From assembly GCA_030770535.1 (NCBI GenBank), contig JASVEC010000010.1:124001-188000 (forward strand): a stretch of DNA of 64,000 bases. The letters run 5' to 3'. This document shows positions 11,663 through 22,432 of this stretch, piece by piece; within the stretch, counting starts at the first letter, position 1; the number at the start of each line of letters is the position of its first letter. Made by a program: the position numbers and the translations under genes. The stretch comes from Batkoa obscura. Its lineage: Eukaryota. The notes below the pieces were generated by a model, which did no database searches, had not been told where the DNA came from, and saw nothing but the letters and a program-made list of their open reading frames with translations.

Positions 11663-13107
11663 ACTAGAAAATGTGAGAAATATCATGGGATAAAAAGGAA
11701 TTCGTGGTACCACTTCAAATGAATTTAAACACAATAGGGTTTATATTACTATTGGAAAAGCGACAAGCTCCCAAGAGATTCACTAAAAATAAAGCACAAT
11801 TGAGAAATCTAATAAAAGAGGGAGAAGGGTCTGGAAACTGAGACTTTTAGATCTTTATTACTTGTTGTTAATCTACACATAGTACAGAGAGATCTGTTTT
11901 CCTATACTATTTATAAATTTAATAGATTGACGTACATCATGATTGTGTATAGATATATACAACTACTGATGTAGTATAAAAATTATATGTTCAATTGAAA
12001 TAAGTTTAAGCATCTACGTGCGAATCTTCCTTTCAAGCAATGTAGACTTAATATTCATAAAAATTAATTCTAGCGAAAACTACTATTATTGGAAATTTTT
12101 ACAAAATTATAATAAATATAAAATACATTGTAAAATTCAGTTATTATGAAATCAAAGATAACACATTGCTTTCTACAAATAAACTAACAATTTACTGAAA
12201 GTAATCAAGATAGACTACTAGAGGTTTGGTATATTTTTTATGTTATTATTTGGTGGTAACTTTTAATATGCATCTTGTTTGTTTTTGATTTACTGACTTC
12301 GTTATAAAAATTAAAACCTTATCAACATAAATAGAACTTTCGAAGTTTTTATGAATGTTTTAATCCTATTGATATATTTAAGTATCGTTAGAGTCTTTAT
12401 TTTTTTACTATTTTCCACCTTATTCTTTAATATATTCTCCCTTAATTTTTTTTAGAGAATTCTGCTCTCATGGTTTAATAATGGCCTTTTATTGGCTAAC
12501 ATTTTCCTTATTTAATTAAATTCTAATAGTTTAGACTCTTAATAAAATTATAATGCTGCCAAATAACTTTTAGAATTAGGATTTAAACACACTAAAAACT
12601 CAATTAATTATATACAAAACATAAATGTAATAGTAAAGATTTGTATTTTTTGAGTAAATTTAAAATTTGCTATTAATAAACAGAACAAGCTATCTTTTGA
12701 TACGATTCTAGTTCAGATAAAAACAGGAGGCTTAATTAGAGACCAATAGAATATTCAAATAAAAGACAAGTTGTAACAAAAGTATTAATGGAAGAACTAC
12801 GGGTCATGAGAAAAAAGTGTCCAACATAATACGAATACCTATCTATAACAGTTTTAAATATTAACTAGTCACGAAAATAAACATAGTAATCCCAATTTAA
12901 ATAATATAGTTTTAAAGTAAATATACCTTAAGAGGCTGAACGCGTATTGGTAAAATTTATAATTGACTATAATGTGATTAATGAGCATAACTTTTTAAAA
13001 ATATATGAAATAATATGTCAATAAAGAAGTATAAAAAGGAACTAAAAAAGATAAGACATAAATAAAAATTTAAAACAAATTTGTTATAAGTTTTGGTATT
13101 ATCTACA

Positions 13108-14979
13108 ATGAAATTATACAATTACATTTTATTAGGTGGCTTGGCATTACATTCTAATGTCAGCTCTCAGAATATAGTTGAAGGGAGCACTGATCCTCAA
13201 GATTATTTGTTCAAGCTAAATAATCAGACTGAATTCATGAATTGGAGTAAGCAAGTAGAGCAGGCTGCCAAAGATATAGAGAGGAATGGAGGAAACAGTC
13301 GTATTGGGATATTTGATAAGGTATTAATGGTTTTATCTGGATTGTTTGTAGATGGAAAAGAAAAACTAAAATGTGAAGCATGTAAAGTTGGCATAGGTGC
13401 TGGTGCACTAATCACTCATGTTCCATTTACTAAATCAGCAGTTATATCAGCAGTTGGTGAGATATGCCAAGTAGTTGCTAAACAGCCAAAGTCGGTTTGT
13501 GAAGGAATCGCTCATTCTACTGGTTCTGAAGTTTATGATGTCTTATACTCAATTAATAGAGATGATCCTTATGTCCGTCAGGTTGCTTGTGTTTCATTAG
13601 GTAATTTGTGTCCGTTCCCAAATATACCAGTTACACCTTTATCTTTACCCTCAAAAAACGAAGCCCAAATCAAAGAAAAAGAGTCAAAAGATTTCAAATA
13701 CGTATTGCATTTAAGTGATCTTCATTACGACCCAGACTATTTTGTTGGTGCTGAAGCTAATTGTAATAAACCAATTTGTTGCCAAAAGGACAGTAATAGT
13801 GATCTTAAAGATCAGACTGTCAAGAAACCAGCTGGAAAATGGGGTGACTATAAATGCGATGCTAATAAAGATTTATTACAGTCATTATTGAAAAATGCTG
13901 TAAAAGTAACTAGTGAATATCCTTTAGAAATGACTGTATTCACAGGTGACGTACCAGCCCATGATTTTTGGAAGGAGAGTGTTGAACGTACTGAAAGTGT
14001 GGAGAAAGGAGCATTCAATATATTAAGTAGTTACTTAATACCAAAGAAGAATAAGCTATATCCTACTATTGGTAATCATGAAGGAGTCCCAGTTAATCAG
14101 TTTATGGTAGATGGAAAATCAGACAAAAAGTTCTTAAGGTTGTATAACTTTTTGTCCCAACAGTGGAAAGAATGGTTACCACAACAAGCTTTAAGTACCA
14201 TCCAAAGAAGTGGATATTATTCAGTAGAACACAATAGTGATTTAAAAATAATATCCTTAAATAATAATTTGTGTTATATGTTTAATTTTCAATTATTCTT
14301 AGATCCCTCTAATTCAGATGTAAACAATATGCTAAAATGGTTTATTGGAGAATTAGACCAATCAGAAAAGAAAGGCCAAAAAGTATACATTGTATCCCAT
14401 GTATCCCCTGGATCAATTGATTGTTTTAAACATTGGTCATTACAATATAACTTGATTATTCAAAGATACTACTCAACCATTAGTGCACAATTCTTTGGAC
14501 ATGAACACTCTGATACTTTTGAAATTAATTATATCTCAAACAAGCCAAAAACTGTCGAGAACGCTATCTCTAATTCTTATTTAGCACCTTCTATGTCTAC
14601 ATTAGGTGGTCATAATCCATCCTTTAGAATTTACAAAGTAGATGCATCAAACTACAAAGTAGTTGATTATTTCCATTATTCTGCTGATTTGAAAGAAGCT
14701 TCAAAATGGACTAATGACATGGAATGGAAGTTGTTGTATACTGCTAGAGATACTTATAATCCAAACTATACCGGAAAATATTTAGATTCTAAATTCTGGC
14801 ATAATGTCACTAGTCAAATGGAATCAAATGACAACCTCTTTAATAAATATTATCAGTTAAGAAATTCAAATGGTGTCCAACAAGAGGTATGTGATAAAAA
14901 ATGTAGAGAAACACATATCTGTAACTTGAGAGCAGGGTATTCTGGTGATTCATGTGCACAAAAAGTACCCTTTTCATAA
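13108..14979 (+). CDS. Secreted acid sphingomyelinase-like metallophosphoesterase (paralog 1)
   Basis: First ATG at 13108 gives a signal peptide. Saposin-like Cys pattern (CEAC...C...C...C...C). Metal ligands DLHYD, GDVPAHD, GNHE, SHV, GHEHSD; HNPSFRIY. Intronless. Confidence 0.93.
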   Translation: MKLYNYILLGGLALHSNVSSQNIVEGSTDPQDYLFKLNNQTEFMNWSKQVEQAAKDIERNGGNSRIGIFDKVLMVLSGLFVDGKEKLKCEACKVGIGAGALITHVPFTKSAVISAVGEICQVVAKQPKSVCEGIAHSTGSEVYDVLYSINRDDPYVRQVACVSLGNLCPFPNIPVTPLSLPSKNEAQIKEKESKDFKYVLHLSDLHYDPDYFVGAEANCNKPICCQKDSNSDLKDQTVKKPAGKWGDYKCDANKDLLQSLLKNAVKVTSEYPLEMTVFTGDVPAHDFWKESVERTESVEKGAFNILSSYLIPKKNKLYPTIGNHEGVPVNQFMVDGKSDKKFLRLYNFLSQQWKEWLPQQALSTIQRSGYYSVEHNSDLKIISLNNNLCYMFNFQLFLDPSNSDVNNMLKWFIGELDQSEKKGQKVYIVSHVSPGSIDCFKHWSLQYNLIIQRYYSTISAQFFGHEHSDTFEINYISNKPKTVENAISNSYLAPSMSTLGGHNPSFRIYKVDASNYKVVDYFHYSADLKEASKWTNDMEWKLLYTARDTYNPNYTGKYLDSKFWHNVTSQMESNDNLFNKYYQLRNSNGVQQEVCDKKCRETHICNLRAGYSGDSCAQKVPFS

Positions 14980-15882
14980 AATAAACAGCCTTTGTTTTTA
15001 ATTTTAAAGTAATTTTTTCAATTTTAAGTGACTGTTACATAGTATATTGTTATTTTTCTATTTGTCTTTTATGATTTAACTTTTGGTATAGTTTAATATA
15101 ATTTAATATAATTTAATATAATTTAATATAGTTTAATATAGTTTAATATAGTTTAATATAATTTAATATAATTTAATATAGTCTAATATAACTTAATATA
15201 GCTTAATATAAAAGATGATTGTAGTTAAATTATAGCCTAATATTTCCAATAGTTTTTAGCTGATAAGCCAAATACTAGATATATTATATCATAGTATTAT
15301 ATAGTTAAGAGCATTATAATTTATAGATTATAAAAAATAACAAAAATTTCAAGTTGAACAACGTAAAGTTTATATCATTCATAACACTCAAAGCTCTAAA
15401 TCAGCTATCTCAAGACTGCTAAAGTGCGGATAGTTTTCATTGCTCTGTTGCCAGCCTCATGCAGTACCTATCTCATTAAAGACCTGGTTATTTAAACTTA
15501 CGTTATAACAACCATGCCTACACCATGCTCCTTAAGACTGATAAATCACCGTTTATAAACTCTATAAATACCAATATTATCCTTCTTGAAACCAACTCTA
15601 CCATAAGCAGTAGTTATAGATTAATGCAACCTAATCCAGTTAATATATATGTTTTTAATTTTTTTTAGTGGGACAAGTTTTTGCTAAGAATATTGATTGT
15701 GGGTTTAATTAGGTTCTTGTAAAAGTCAATCAAATATTGGTTTTATATGAAAATCAAAATTATGACTAAAATTTAATATTATTTTACTAAACTTTTAATT
15801 CAAATAAGACATATTTTGAAACAAAAATCTACCATTAGCTTATTCAACTTTAAATCTAGAAACGAAATAACGAAAATACATC
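14980..15882 (+). repeat. Duplicated 3' flank, copy 1 (near-identical to 21304-22432)
   Basis: Colinear, near-identical sequence downstream of paralogs 1 and 3, apart from two MITEs and minisatellite length. Confidence 0.9.
15091..15210. repeat. 10-bp minisatellite (ATTTAATATA)n, ~12 units
   Basis: Direct tandem units gtttaatata/atttaatata; homologous longer array at ~21516-21655. Confidence 0.9.
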
Positions 15883-15887
15883 AATAT

Positions 15888-15980
15888 GGTTATTTTTTTG
15901 TTTAAGAGTTTTATCAATAAATTTTCCTCAAATAGAACTCAGAAAATGGAAAAAGCGATGAAACCAAAAAATATTACCAC
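15888..15980. mobile_element. Degraded MITE
   Basis: ATAT-GGTTATTTTTTTGTTTAAGAG...GATGAAACCAAAAAATATTACCAC-ATAT. Confidence 0.7.
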
Positions 15981-16331
15981 ATATAAAAGTATTTAGATTT
16001 TTATAGCTAAACTAGTCTTTTTTAAAGGTAGCTGAAAAATGTTCAAATGCTTATTCATATTTTTAATGTTTGATATTTTCTTCCAGCGTCTACTTAATAC
16101 GCTTTAAGGTTAGCTATATACAACTTGACGCCAAAGTTTATTACTGTAAAGGTTAAGTTTCATCAGATTGACTGAGGTGAAAAATTAAATTTTTTATGGA
16201 ATTTTGTTTAGGAATGTGGTAATAAGAAAAAAAGACATTGGAAAAGTGAAGATCAAATATTATAGTAGATATCAAAGGCAGATCTTTAATATATAAAAAT
16301 TGGTTAGAGTTAATATTCATTTTCTAAAAAA

Positions 16332-18290
16332 ATGATAAAATTAATAATTTTTATAAGCTATTTATTTATTTTAATACTCAGTATAATATGTAGTAATATA
16401 GAAGAAAATCAAAAAGGAATGAAAAGTACGTTAGATAAAGCCTTGTTAGATTCAAATGATCTGGATAGAATAATAATAGATCAAAAACTATTAGATCAGT
16501 TCGCAAATAGTTCTATTGAACGTAAAATGGTGTACATAATGGATTTCATAACAGCAAAAAGAAGCAATTATAAAGTCAAAGCACAATATTTGATCAAAAA
16601 AACATTAGAGATATTATCACAAGACCCAAGATCGAGTCTAAATTGTGCAGCTTGTAAAACAACTGTTCAATCCCTTAGTAGATTAAGTAAAGTTAATATC
16701 ATTGAAAATCCTTTGCTTAAATTAAGTTCAGCAGCGTGCACATCCATATTTAATAAGCCAAAAGAAATATGTAGTGGTAGTCATAAAGTGTTTGCTGATA
16801 TTTATTTAGAAATACTTCAAGGTTTTAATTTAAAAAATCACTTACAATCCCAGATGGTTTGCTATACTTTAGGCAATATTTGTCCTTTTCCTAATTTAAA
16901 TTTAAAGGAACTAAAGTTACCTGAAGTTAGTAATAAACCCAAGGTTATCAATGAAAGTAACAAGACTGATATTGGATATATATTACATATATCAGATTTA
17001 CATTATGACGAAAACTACATTGAGGGATCCGAAGCAGACTGCAGTGAGCCAATATGTTGTCAAGTAGATAGTAAAAGCAAAGGTTTGAGCTCAAATAAGG
17101 TAAAAAAACCAGCAAGCAAATGGGGAGATTACAAGTGTGATAGTAACATAAACATGTTGAAGTCTATGTTTAAAGCGATCAATGAGTTACATAATAGCAA
17201 ATATAAATTGGATATGGTTATATTTAATGGCGATATACCAGCACACGATTTCTGGAAGCATAATTTAACTGCAGTTACCAATACTGAAATAAAGAGTTAC
17301 AAATTGCTAAATTTTAGTGATATTAATATTTATCCAACAATTGGTAATCATGAAGTTTTGCCGAATAATTTTGTGCCTTTAAATCTTCAAATAAGCGATG
17401 ATAAAGGTGAAGAAAGCGAATATTATTTTTATAGATTTGTAGCAGAGCAATGGAGTAATTGGTTGCCAAAAAAATCAATTGATGATGTTAGAAAAGGAGG
17501 ATATTATTCAGTAAAACACGCAAACAATTTAAAGTTGATAAATTTAAATAATAACTTATGCTATGTAAATAATTTTTATTTATTGTTAAATTTTACACAC
17601 CAAAATAATCCAAATAATATGCTAAAGTGGTTAATAAATGAACTAAAAGATGCCGAAGATAATAACATGAATGTTTATATTTCAAGTCACATACCCCCAA
17701 ATTCATTAGATTGCTTACCATCATATTCAATGCAATATTATCAAATATTAAATAGATTTCATTCAATTATAAAAGGGCAATTTTATGGACATGATCACCA
17801 TGATGAATTTTCTGTTTACTATGATAATAATAATAAAAAAACAAGCAAAAGGGTAATATCAAATCAATATCTAACACCATCAATCACAACATTAAATGGC
17901 CAAAATCCTGGTTTCCGTATTTATAAAGTAAATAAGAAGAATTGGGAGATATTAGATTATTATCAGTATTATACTCAGTTAAAGGATTCGCATATGTATA
18001 AAGAAGACTTGAAATGGAAGTTATTGTATACAGCAAAAGGGTTATATGATCCAAATAACGATTTTAATACTTTATCCCCAGAGTTTTGGCATAACTCGAT
18101 TGTAAATTTGAGTAAAAATCAAACTTTATTTGATTTATTTTATGGGTATAGAAATAAACTAGGTTTAAAGAGAAAAAAATGCAATTTGGAATGTCGATCG
18201 AATTACATATGTAGTATGGTTGCAAATCATTCAAAAGACACATGTATTCGATTTAAAAATGAGTTAGGAATTTTTAAATCTATGAATTAA
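16332..18290 (+). CDS. Acid sphingomyelinase-like metallophosphoesterase (paralog 2, most divergent)
   Basis: Hydrophobic N-terminus; CAAC saposin-like start; motifs DLHYD, GDIPAHD, GNHE, SHIPP, GHDHHD, QNPGFRIY. Confidence 0.92.
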   Translation: MIKLIIFISYLFILILSIICSNIEENQKGMKSTLDKALLDSNDLDRIIIDQKLLDQFANSSIERKMVYIMDFITAKRSNYKVKAQYLIKKTLEILSQDPRSSLNCAACKTTVQSLSRLSKVNIIENPLLKLSSAACTSIFNKPKEICSGSHKVFADIYLEILQGFNLKNHLQSQMVCYTLGNICPFPNLNLKELKLPEVSNKPKVINESNKTDIGYILHISDLHYDENYIEGSEADCSEPICCQVDSKSKGLSSNKVKKPASKWGDYKCDSNINMLKSMFKAINELHNSKYKLDMVIFNGDIPAHDFWKHNLTAVTNTEIKSYKLLNFSDINIYPTIGNHEVLPNNFVPLNLQISDDKGEESEYYFYRFVAEQWSNWLPKKSIDDVRKGGYYSVKHANNLKLINLNNNLCYVNNFYLLLNFTHQNNPNNMLKWLINELKDAEDNNMNVYISSHIPPNSLDCLPSYSMQYYQILNRFHSIIKGQFYGHDHHDEFSVYYDNNNKKTSKRVISNQYLTPSITTLNGQNPGFRIYKVNKKNWEILDYYQYYTQLKDSHMYKEDLKWKLLYTAKGLYDPNNDFNTLSPEFWHNSIVNLSKNQTLFDLFYGYRNKLGLKRKKCNLECRSNYICSMVANHSKDTCIRFKNELGIFKSMN

Positions 18291-19440
18291 ACGTTTTTAT
18301 TTCTTCATTCTGTTTTTATCATTAAAATGTCATATGTTAAATCTTAATTTTTTAATTGTATTTCAGTGTAATAAAATCATCTTTGCTTTGGATGTTAAAG
18401 GTAAGCATAATTCATTTTAAAATTAAATATAATGCAAAGGATGATACATTTTCAAGAAAAGGTAAGTAATGTTATCTTCAAAGTATTTAGACTCAGTATC
18501 TAAAGTTGTGAAAATTTTGAAGCAGGTGCTCTAAAGCTATTAAAAGTAATGATAATCAACCGTTTTGTGTTTGATTTCTTTAATCATTGCTAAATTAATA
18601 ATTAATTTACTAGCCAATAACTTTGAAAGTTTATGACACGTACAAAATTTCCAAAAGCAGTGATGATTTTCAATTGAATTTTGTTTATTGAGAATTAAAA
18701 TGAATATGTATAATATTTACAGAGATTTTCTATTGTGTAACAACAAATAAGGCTTGGAAGCGTTGTTTTTCAATAAAAATATAGCTTCATAAGTAAAACA
18801 AATACAGTAAAAAGAATATTTTTGAAGAATAATATATTTAAAGTTTATAGCAGATTTGAAAAATATAGTAAATAATATAAATAATTGCGGAAAAAGGTTT
18901 ATACAGATACCAAATAAACCAGAGAAGATTTTTTTTATCAAGACAAGATATATATATGTAATATTATTCATTAATGCAATTATAGTAATTTTTCGTCAAA
19001 ATAAAAGGGCGTATACTTTATTGTCTTACTATTGAATTCTTATAATTCTTTAGGCCATATAATTTAGTAAAATCAAAAGTGGCTTAAGAACTAACTATTA
19101 TCCAAAATGGACATTATAATAGTGCATATTTTACATACTGGTAAGTATAGTATATTAACTTCTACAAAAGGGAATAAAAACAAACATACAACTATCAAAA
19201 AGCATATGGTCTTTCAAAATAAAATGATTAACTGAAAAACATTGATATTATGAGAATAATAAAAAACCTGGGACTTTGAAATAATACAAGATATTTTTAA
19301 AAATGTAATTGTGATTAAACTGTTCAATTTTCATTTTGCATAAACATAGAACAAGGTAACATTTAAATGCTTGGACTATATAAACACGAGATGAAACAGA
19401 AGTATTATGCTATGAATTTTTGATTTATTAATTTTTTAAT

Positions 19441-21303
19441 ATGAGATTTTTCGAAACTATTTTAACATTTAGCTGCATTAGCTTAATTTTAGCCCAAGAA
19501 AGCGGGAGTGGAGTTGATCCTATTGATTACATATTCGAATTGAAAAATGAGACTGCCTTTAGCGAATGGGAAACACAAGTCAACCAAGCGGTAAAAGAAA
19601 TTCAAGAAAATGGTGGCAATTCTCGTAGTAGCATTGTTGATAAAATATTCATGGTTCTATCAGGTCTTTATGTTGAAGCTGGGGATAAGTTAAAATGTAA
19701 AGCTTGTCAAGTAGGGGTTGGTGCTTTATCACTTGTCACTCATGTTCCATTTACAAAAAAACCGGTTGTTTCTGCTATAGGCGGTCTATGCCAAGTTGCT
19801 ACTAAACAACCAAAGTCAGTTTGCGAAGGAATTGCTCGTTCTACTGGTTCTGAAGTTTATGATGTCTTAAATTCAATTGATAGAAAAAACCCCTACGTTC
19901 GTCAGATTGCCTGTGTTTCATTAGGCGATCTATGCCCATTTCCAGACATCCCAGTCACACCTTTATCTTTACCAGCAAAAAAAGAGCCTCAAGCTAAAGA
20001 AAAAGAGTCAAAAGATTTCAAATACGTATTGCATTTAAGTGATCTTCATTACGACCCAGACTATTTTGTTGGTGCTGAAGCTAATTGTAATAAACCAATT
20101 TGTTGCCAAAAGGACAGTAATAGTGATCTTAAAGATCAGACTGTCAAGAAACCAGCTGGAAAATGGGGTGACTATAAATGCGATGCTAATAAAGATTTAT
20201 TACAGTCATTATTGAAAAATGCTGTAAAAGTAACTAGTGAATATCCTTTAGAAATGACTGTATTCACAGGTGACGTACCAGCCCATGATTTTTGGAAGGA
20301 GAGTGTTGAGCGTAGTGAAGGTACAGAAAAGGGGGCATATAGCCTTTTGGACAGCTATTTAATACCAAAAAAGAATAAGCTATATCCTACTATTGGTAAT
20401 CATGAAGCGGTACCAACTAATCAGTTTACGGTAGATGGAAAATCAGATAAAAAGTTCTTGAGACTTTACAATTTTATATCTCAACAGTGGAAAGAATGGT
20501 TACCACAACAAGCTTTAAGTACTATTCAAAAAGGCGGATATTATTCAGTAGAACACAATAGTGATTTAAAAGTTATTTCTTTAAATGATAATTTATGTTA
20601 CAAATATAACTTCCAACTATTCTTAGATCCCTCTAATTCAGATGTAAACAATATGCTAAAATGGTTTATTGGAGAATTAGACCAATCAGAAAAGAAAGGC
20701 CAAAAAGTGTATATAATTTCACACATTTCATCTGGTACTTCAGACTGCTTTAAGCATTGGTCATTACAATATAACTTGATTATTCAAAGATACTACTCAA
20801 CCATTAGTGCACAATTCTTTGGACATGAACACTCTGATACTTTTGAAATTAATTATATCTCAAACAAGCCAAAAACTGTTGAGAACGCTATCTCTAATTC
20901 TTATTTAGCACCTTCTATGTCTACATTAGGTGGTCATAATCCATCCTTTAGAATTTACAAAGTAGATGCATCAAACTACAAAGTAGTTGATTATTTCCAT
21001 TATTCTGCTGATTTGAAAGAAGCTTCAAAATGGACTAATGACATGGAATGGAAGTTGTTGTATACTGCTAGAGATACTTATAATCCAAACTATACCGGAA
21101 AATATTTAGATTCTAAATTCTGGCATAATGTCACTAGTCAAATGGAATCAAATGACAACCTCTTTAATAAATATTATCAGTTAAGAAATTCAAATGGTGT
21201 CCAACAAGAGGTATGTGATAAAAAATGTAGAGAAACACATATCTGTAACTTGAGAGCAGGGTATTCTGGTGATTCATGTGCACAAAAAGTACCCTTTTCA
21301 TAA
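19441..21303 (+). CDS. Secreted acid sphingomyelinase-like metallophosphoesterase (paralog 3)
   Basis: Same motifs as paralog 1; long stretches nucleotide-identical to paralog 1 at a constant offset of 6324. Confidence 0.93.
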   Translation: MRFFETILTFSCISLILAQESGSGVDPIDYIFELKNETAFSEWETQVNQAVKEIQENGGNSRSSIVDKIFMVLSGLYVEAGDKLKCKACQVGVGALSLVTHVPFTKKPVVSAIGGLCQVATKQPKSVCEGIARSTGSEVYDVLNSIDRKNPYVRQIACVSLGDLCPFPDIPVTPLSLPAKKEPQAKEKESKDFKYVLHLSDLHYDPDYFVGAEANCNKPICCQKDSNSDLKDQTVKKPAGKWGDYKCDANKDLLQSLLKNAVKVTSEYPLEMTVFTGDVPAHDFWKESVERSEGTEKGAYSLLDSYLIPKKNKLYPTIGNHEAVPTNQFTVDGKSDKKFLRLYNFISQQWKEWLPQQALSTIQKGGYYSVEHNSDLKVISLNDNLCYKYNFQLFLDPSNSDVNNMLKWFIGELDQSEKKGQKVYIISHISSGTSDCFKHWSLQYNLIIQRYYSTISAQFFGHEHSDTFEINYISNKPKTVENAISNSYLAPSMSTLGGHNPSFRIYKVDASNYKVVDYFHYSADLKEASKWTNDMEWKLLYTARDTYNPNYTGKYLDSKFWHNVTSQMESNDNLFNKYYQLRNSNGVQQEVCDKKCRETHICNLRAGYSGDSCAQKVPFS

Positions 21304-21369
21304 AATAAATAGCATTTGTTTTTAATTTTAAAGTAATTTTTTCAATTTTAAGTGACTGTTACATAGTAT

Positions 21370-21467
21370 AGGGATGTTTTTTTTGTCTTCATTACTTTTT
21401 CCATTTTTAAGTACTACTTAAGTGGAAAGATTATTAGCAAAATTCTTAAACGAAAAAATACATTCCC
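21370..21467. mobile_element. MITE, absent from the paralogous site at ~15045
   Basis: AGGGATGTTT...AATACATTCCC. The duplicate flank reads acatagtatattgtta without it. Confidence 0.9.
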
Positions 21468-21515
21468 AATATTGTTATTTTTCTATTTGTCTTTTATGAT
21501 TTAACTTTTGGCATA

Positions 21516-21655
21516 ATTTAATATAATTTAATATAATTTAATATAATTTAATATGATTTAATATAGTTTAATATAATTTAATATAATTTAATATAATTTA
21601 ATATAGTTTAATATAACTTAATATAGCTTAATATAACTTAATATAGCTTAATATA
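21516..21655. repeat. 10-bp minisatellite (ATTTAATATA)n, ~14 units
   Basis: Tandem units; paralog of the 15091 array. Confidence 0.9.
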
Positions 21656-21727
21656 AAAGATGATTGTAGTTAAATTATAGCCTAATATTTCCAATAGTTT
21701 TTAGCTGATAAGCCAAATACTAGATAT

Positions 21728-21826
21728 GGGGACGTATTTTTGTATTTAAGAATTTTACTAACAAATTTTCCACTCAAATAGTGCCTAAAAAATGGAAAAA
21801 ATAATGAAGCCAAAAAAAACATCCCC
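21728..21826. mobile_element. MITE, absent from the paralogous site at ~15280
   Basis: ATAT-GGGGACGTA...ACATCCCC-ATAT; the empty site aatactagATATattatatc is at 15271-15290. Confidence 0.92.
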
Positions 21827-22217
21827 ATATATTATATCATAGTATTATATAGTTAAGAGCATTATAATTTATAGATTATAAAAAATAACAAAAATTTCAA
21901 GTTGAACAACGTAAAGTTTATATCATTCATAACACTCAAAGCTCTAAATCAGCTATCTCAAGACTGCTAAAGTGCGGATAGTTTTCATTGCTCTGTTGCC
22001 AGCCTCATGCAGTACCTATCTCATTAAAGACCTGGTTATTTAAACTTACGTTATAACAACCATGCCTACACCATGCTCCTTAAGACTGATAAATCACCGT
22101 TTATAAACTCTATAAATACCAATATTATCCTTCTTGAAACCAACTCTACCATAAGCAGTAGTTATAGATTAGTGCAACCTAATCCAGTTAATATATATGT
22201 TTTTAATTTTTTTTAGT

Positions 22218-22432
22218 GGGACAAGTTTTTGCTAAGAATATTGATTGTGGGTTTAACTAGGTTCTTGTAAGAGTCAATCAAATATTGGTTTTATATGAAA
22301 ATCAAAATTATGACTAAAATTTAATATTATTTTACTAAACTTTTAATTCAAATAAGACATATTTTGAAACAAAAATCTATCATTAGCTTATTCAACTTTA
22401 AATTTAGAAACAAAATGGCAAAAATACAGCCC
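22218..22432. mobile_element. Probable ~215-bp non-autonomous element with related GGG...CCC ends (paralog at ~15668-15882)
   Basis: Imperfect TIRs GGGACAAGTTTTTGC ... GCAAAAATACAGCCC. Confidence 0.45.

Noticed and set aside
21722..21832. TA target duplication (Tc1/mariner-type) for the MITEs
   Set aside because: Compatible with this one site, but the copies at 29099 and 61629 are flanked by AAAT on both sides, which fits a 4-bp AWWT duplication and not TA.
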